64,000 bases of DNA from Haliotis cracherodii (Eukaryota), in NCBI RefSeq assembly GCF_022045235.1, contig NW_027266266.1, forward strand, positions 48,298,001 through 48,362,000, read 5' to 3'. The notes under the pieces were generated by a model. The model was not told the origin of the DNA, searched no databases, and saw only the letters and a program-made list of their open reading frames with translations. Below, in pieces: positions 59,790 through 64,000 of this stretch. Numbering within the stretch: the first letter of the stretch is position 1; each line of letters starts with the position of its first letter. The position numbers were made by a program, and so were the translations under genes.

Positions 59790-62673
59790 TTAGTCAAGTG
59801 ACAACAGCAGTCGAGACATCCCGTCCGACACAGTCATATCGTGGCCGGATATCAGTTCTCCTCTCATGTCTGAAAGGCTGAAATGACCTGCGTACATCAT
59901 GACCCACAGTGGCCTGTCGAATGAAACATCATTGACTGTGCAGAGTACTTTGACCGCAACAACATCAGCAACGTAGATTTTCTCCTTTGTACCGTTCAGG
60001 AAGAAACACAAGTGTAAATCATGCGACTCTCCTTTCTGCTTCTTGCAAAGTGGGAAGTTAGTGAGGTGTTTGTCGTTATATCTCACACTGAGACACAGCT
60101 GCGACTTGTGCTTGGTGCATGTTACAACACGTACATTCAGTCCAATAGGTGAACTCCAGTGAGCATCTACAGGGGAGGGGGTCAGTGTTGTCTCAGCTAC
60201 CAGTTTATTTTCCTCTTTCATCTGCTTCATTGTGAATCGACACTTCACATAAAACATGCATCGCTGACCTCGCCTGATGACCAGAGGCCGTGACGCCAGT
60301 ACATGTTTCCCTGAATGTATCCGACACCCGGTGTCTGGTTGAGCAGAAACTGGCCTGGTGTTAGTGATTACAGATCCTGATGTAGTGACGTCACCGCTGG
60401 CTGTGTTGGAGTCCCACTGCAGGGTCGGACCTGTGTTAGAAACACACTTTTTGATGGAATGTAATGATCTGCCTAAAAAGTAAAACGTTTGCCTCACATT
60501 ATAGTTCAACATGTATCTCACTAAAGTGATGACTTCACCTGTAAATGAGATAATCATCTGTAACTAACCAAATATACATTTAGGCAAAAAAGCAATGTAT
60601 AACCACCACGTAGAGTAAGTTACATAACTGCAGACGAGGCCTATAACCCCCAAAGCAGCCGAAGTAACATATGTAGACAAGCAGTTCTTTAAGCGCCTAT
60701 TTGGACACAGCAACAATCAACGAAAACATCCATTCTAAAATGCAATTGCACTTTTCAGAATATATATAAGAATCCGATTTCTTTAACATATCCTTTAATC
60801 GAATGTGCGCAAACGCGATAAAAGGATCTTGACAGTTTCATGCATAATGGCACTTGCGGATGTGAAATCCATGATCGTCCTTTCTAAATACATATTCATA
60901 AGCATGATACCAGATGTTTACGCATGTGTGCATGTGTGCATACGTGCATTGCGTTCTGCATGTGTACCGTTCTTAAACAACTCACATGTAACCTGTTCTT
61001 CATTTCCAGAAATTCTTTTGTCTACGTCAGCCACTGAAAGTAAATAACCCCAGTATATGTTACCACAAACAAATAGTATTCACAGGATATATAACATATC
61101 TGATAGGTGTTTGAAAAATAGTTGATATTGTTTCTAAAAACTATTATGAATCAAAACATTATCACCTTCATTAGGGACGCATTACAAAAGAGTTGAAAAG
61201 CCATAGACACACAACATAACAATCTCTGCATTTACGGACAGCTTTAGAAAGAAATTATAGATTAACATTCTCACATTAAAACATGTGTGATCTATCTACA
61301 AGCGACAGCATTCAAAATAAACAATTTGTTTCTCATAAAGACACAAGCTGTTTATCAAGATATATAATATTGTAATTGTGTGAAAAAATGTTTTAAAATG
61401 TCTGTTTGCATATAGAAATTATTTTTCACATATTCAAGATGGGTTTTTCCAAAAGGTCATTCACAAAAATGACACAATAATGCATCTCAAACCAACCTTC
61501 AGGTAACTCTGCAGGTTCCAGGGTGATGGTGTTATACATGGCAGTCTCTGGCACATAGCTCGGCCTCTGTGTTGGGGAGAATGTGACAGACCTGACCAAT
61601 CCTGTCGACTTAACGGAAGTGATGAGGTGGTTGAAGTTGGCACGGACAAAACTTACACCTGTTCTGAAGAACCCAACTTCCTTTGGCGACTCTTCCAACA
61701 TGGTGTTCAAGGAGCTGGCAGAAGATAACATCAGTTGTAGATCCTCTATCTGGTCAGCTTTCCCCCTCATCTGTTTTGTATATTCAGTGGCAGACTTCAG
61801 TTTAGTCAGCAATGTTCGGGTTGACTCCTGGGCCTCTTCTGTTAGTTTACGTGATTCGGTGGACTTCTGTTCAACATCTGACAACAGAATGGCTCGTCTT
61901 TCCTGTATGTTATCAATCAGGTTGTCAAAAGTCTGATTGATGTCCTGCTTAGCAGCTTCTGTTGATACCATAATGGTTTGAAATATTTTCGTCAGTTCCG
62001 TTTCTGTTTCTGACAGCTTGTGTGTCTTCACTTCGAGTCTGGCCAAAGTGTCATCAGTAGACTGTGCCTTGTCCTGGTGTGCCTCGGCCACAGATACAAC
62101 CTTATGTCCCTTCCCTTTATCGTGGTCCAGCACAGTGCAGGACACGCATATGATCTTGTCACAAGTGTAGCAGTAAAATTGCTGTGGCTGTTGATGCTGA
62201 CTACATTCATGTAAACGACGAAAGCTCTGGACAGGTCGGCCTTTCATCTCCTCAAAGGTAACTGTCGTGTGATGTCTAGATAATCTGTGTCGATCATGTG
62301 ATGTTTTACACTCTGTGCACATGAAGACACAGCAGTCATCACATCTGGCCACAGCCTCGTTGTTGTCCGGACAATCTGTACATGGCAAGCGGAGACCTTT
62401 GTGGATCTTCAGATCATCAAGGATTTTCAGAATGAGAGGTTCACTTGGAAGGGATTCGACTCCATTAGGAAGATGATGATTGTGGCGACTTATTGGACAA
62501 AGCAACGTGTTGTCTGTTTCCTTGTAGATCTTCTGGAGACAGTCATGACATATGCACTGTACACAGCATGGCATTCGGCGGGGGAGATGGGTGGTCTCAT
62601 CAAACTGTTCATTGCAGATTGGGCACTCGGTCAGGTAGTTCTTGATGGCTGACACAGCGATGAATTCAGACAT
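59790..62673 (-). CDS. TRIM-family protein (RING, B-box1, B-box2, coiled coil + C-terminal beta-rich domain); main exons 62673-61497 and 60430-59790, possible 48-nt exon 61033-60986
   Basis: CPIC...CHDC...CPIS; CTDC...CDDC...CTEC..SH; CSQH...CYTC...CVSC...DH. Phase-1 donor GAAG|GTTGGT matches phase-1 acceptor ACACAG|GT. Confidence 0.85.
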
Positions 62674-63289
62674 TGTTACCTGTGAATAGCGGAATAAAGA
62701 ATATATCAGTTAGACATTTTTACGTGTACAATTTTGAATAGTCTGGTGTCTCAGGTTTTAAATGTCAATGAGCTTAACACGTTGCTGTACGTGTGCGATA
62801 TGGCGAAGAGTTATTGCTTTTACCCCCAAGTCATGGGCTGTCACAAGAATGTAAATATGCTGGAAATATGAGTTTAATGCCACTTTTAACATACTTGTAT
62901 CTCAGTTCTATTTCACACCATGTTCGCTATATGTTGGCGGAAAGTCTGAAGGGTCGCATGCTGCAGATATTTACAACTTTGGAAAAACCAACATGGGTCT
63001 AGTGTTCACAAACCAAGAATAATAAGAGAGAATATGCAAGAAACAATCTAGAACAACAATCACATGCAGTGTACAGTAACATCTGAAGTTGTTGTTTTGT
63101 TTTGTTTTGTATGATGTTTTAATAATGACTTTGGAGAGAATAGTTTTGCATACAGACTAAGTAACATTTGGTTGACAAAAATATATAAAGCGTGTGAGTA
63201 TGAAATGAATAAATATAATGATCAAAAGAGTTGTACTTTTACTTGAATAAACAAAATGCATCACCCAAGGTCTGGTGTCGTTTGGTAAC

Positions 63290-63640
63290 TTCCACTGATT
63301 CACCCATCTGAACTAGACATAAAAGAGACCAGTGAGACTGCCTCATTTGTTTCACAGATAAAGATTCAAAGTGACAAAACACTCTCTACAAGACTGTATG
63401 ACAAAAGTGGTGACTTCAACTTTCCAATTGTCAACTTACCCTTAATGTTGAGCAATATTCCAGCAGCTACAGCCTTTTGTACCTACATTTCACAACCTTT
63501 GTGGTACAAACGGGCATGCTCTTTCCACCATGATTTCTAAGAGCGTCATACGGCACTTACTCAGTAGTTGTTTGATCAAGGCTATAACAGTAAAGCCTTC
63601 AAAATGTTTTAATGTTGACATGTGGAGGACATTTCCAAAG
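63290..63640 (+). mobile_element. Penelope-like RT fragment (Naiad/Chlamys-like)
   Basis: TRLYDKSGDFNFPIVNLPLMLSNIP...YISQ...RACS. Confidence 0.7.
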
Positions 63641-64000
63641 TTGCAGCATCCGTGACCAAATTAATGTCCGATGATATTCCATTTTGACTTGTACCATGTG
63701 TTTTTTTAGGTGAACAATGTAATTGTCATTGCATGTATTTGTGACATATGGAACCGGCGCTCACATTTTCTGGAACACCTGGTATCCTCACTAGTTGATA
63801 GTGATTCATGAACACAGGCTAATAACCAAGTGAGAATCGAAAAATGGGTTATTTCTCTTTTGTTAACTTTATATTTTTTTAATCTGCCTCTAGTGGTTCT
63901 ATCTTAAACTATATTTTACTTAAAACGCAGTGTCCTTTCCTTTGTGACAATATTCAAACACTGTTGCATAACTGGGGTTATTTGTTGTAGAGCAATCAGA

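Overview
Repeat-rich eukaryotic (animal) genomic DNA. The tRNA-derived SINE families and gene content suggest a gastropod mollusc such as abalone, which is an inference. The highlight is a ~9.8-kb Polinton/Maverick (adintovirus-like) element at 9046-18827. It has inverted terminal repeats, an intact right end ending in ACTACT, a disrupted protein-primed DNA polymerase B and no visible integrase, ATPase, protease or capsid genes. It keeps a cassette of putative host-manipulation genes: a single-BIR IAP, a multi-CCHC zinc-knuckle protein, a spliced acidic/zinc-finger protein with E1A/E7-like architecture and a small zinc-ribbon protein. Three of these four units sit behind paralogous copies of one CCAAT/TATA promoter module. 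The window also holds an apparently intact, very young Gypsy LTR retrotransposon (31025-40579) with a -1 frameshift signal and pseudoknot. Other repeats are Penelope-like fragments with a minimal hammerhead ribozyme, three Tc1 elements, a DD~80E transposase relic, LINE relics and SINEs. Two host genes are present: a GT32 glycosyltransferase with one in-frame TGA, and a TRIM-family gene. There is a 141-N gap at 29198-29338.
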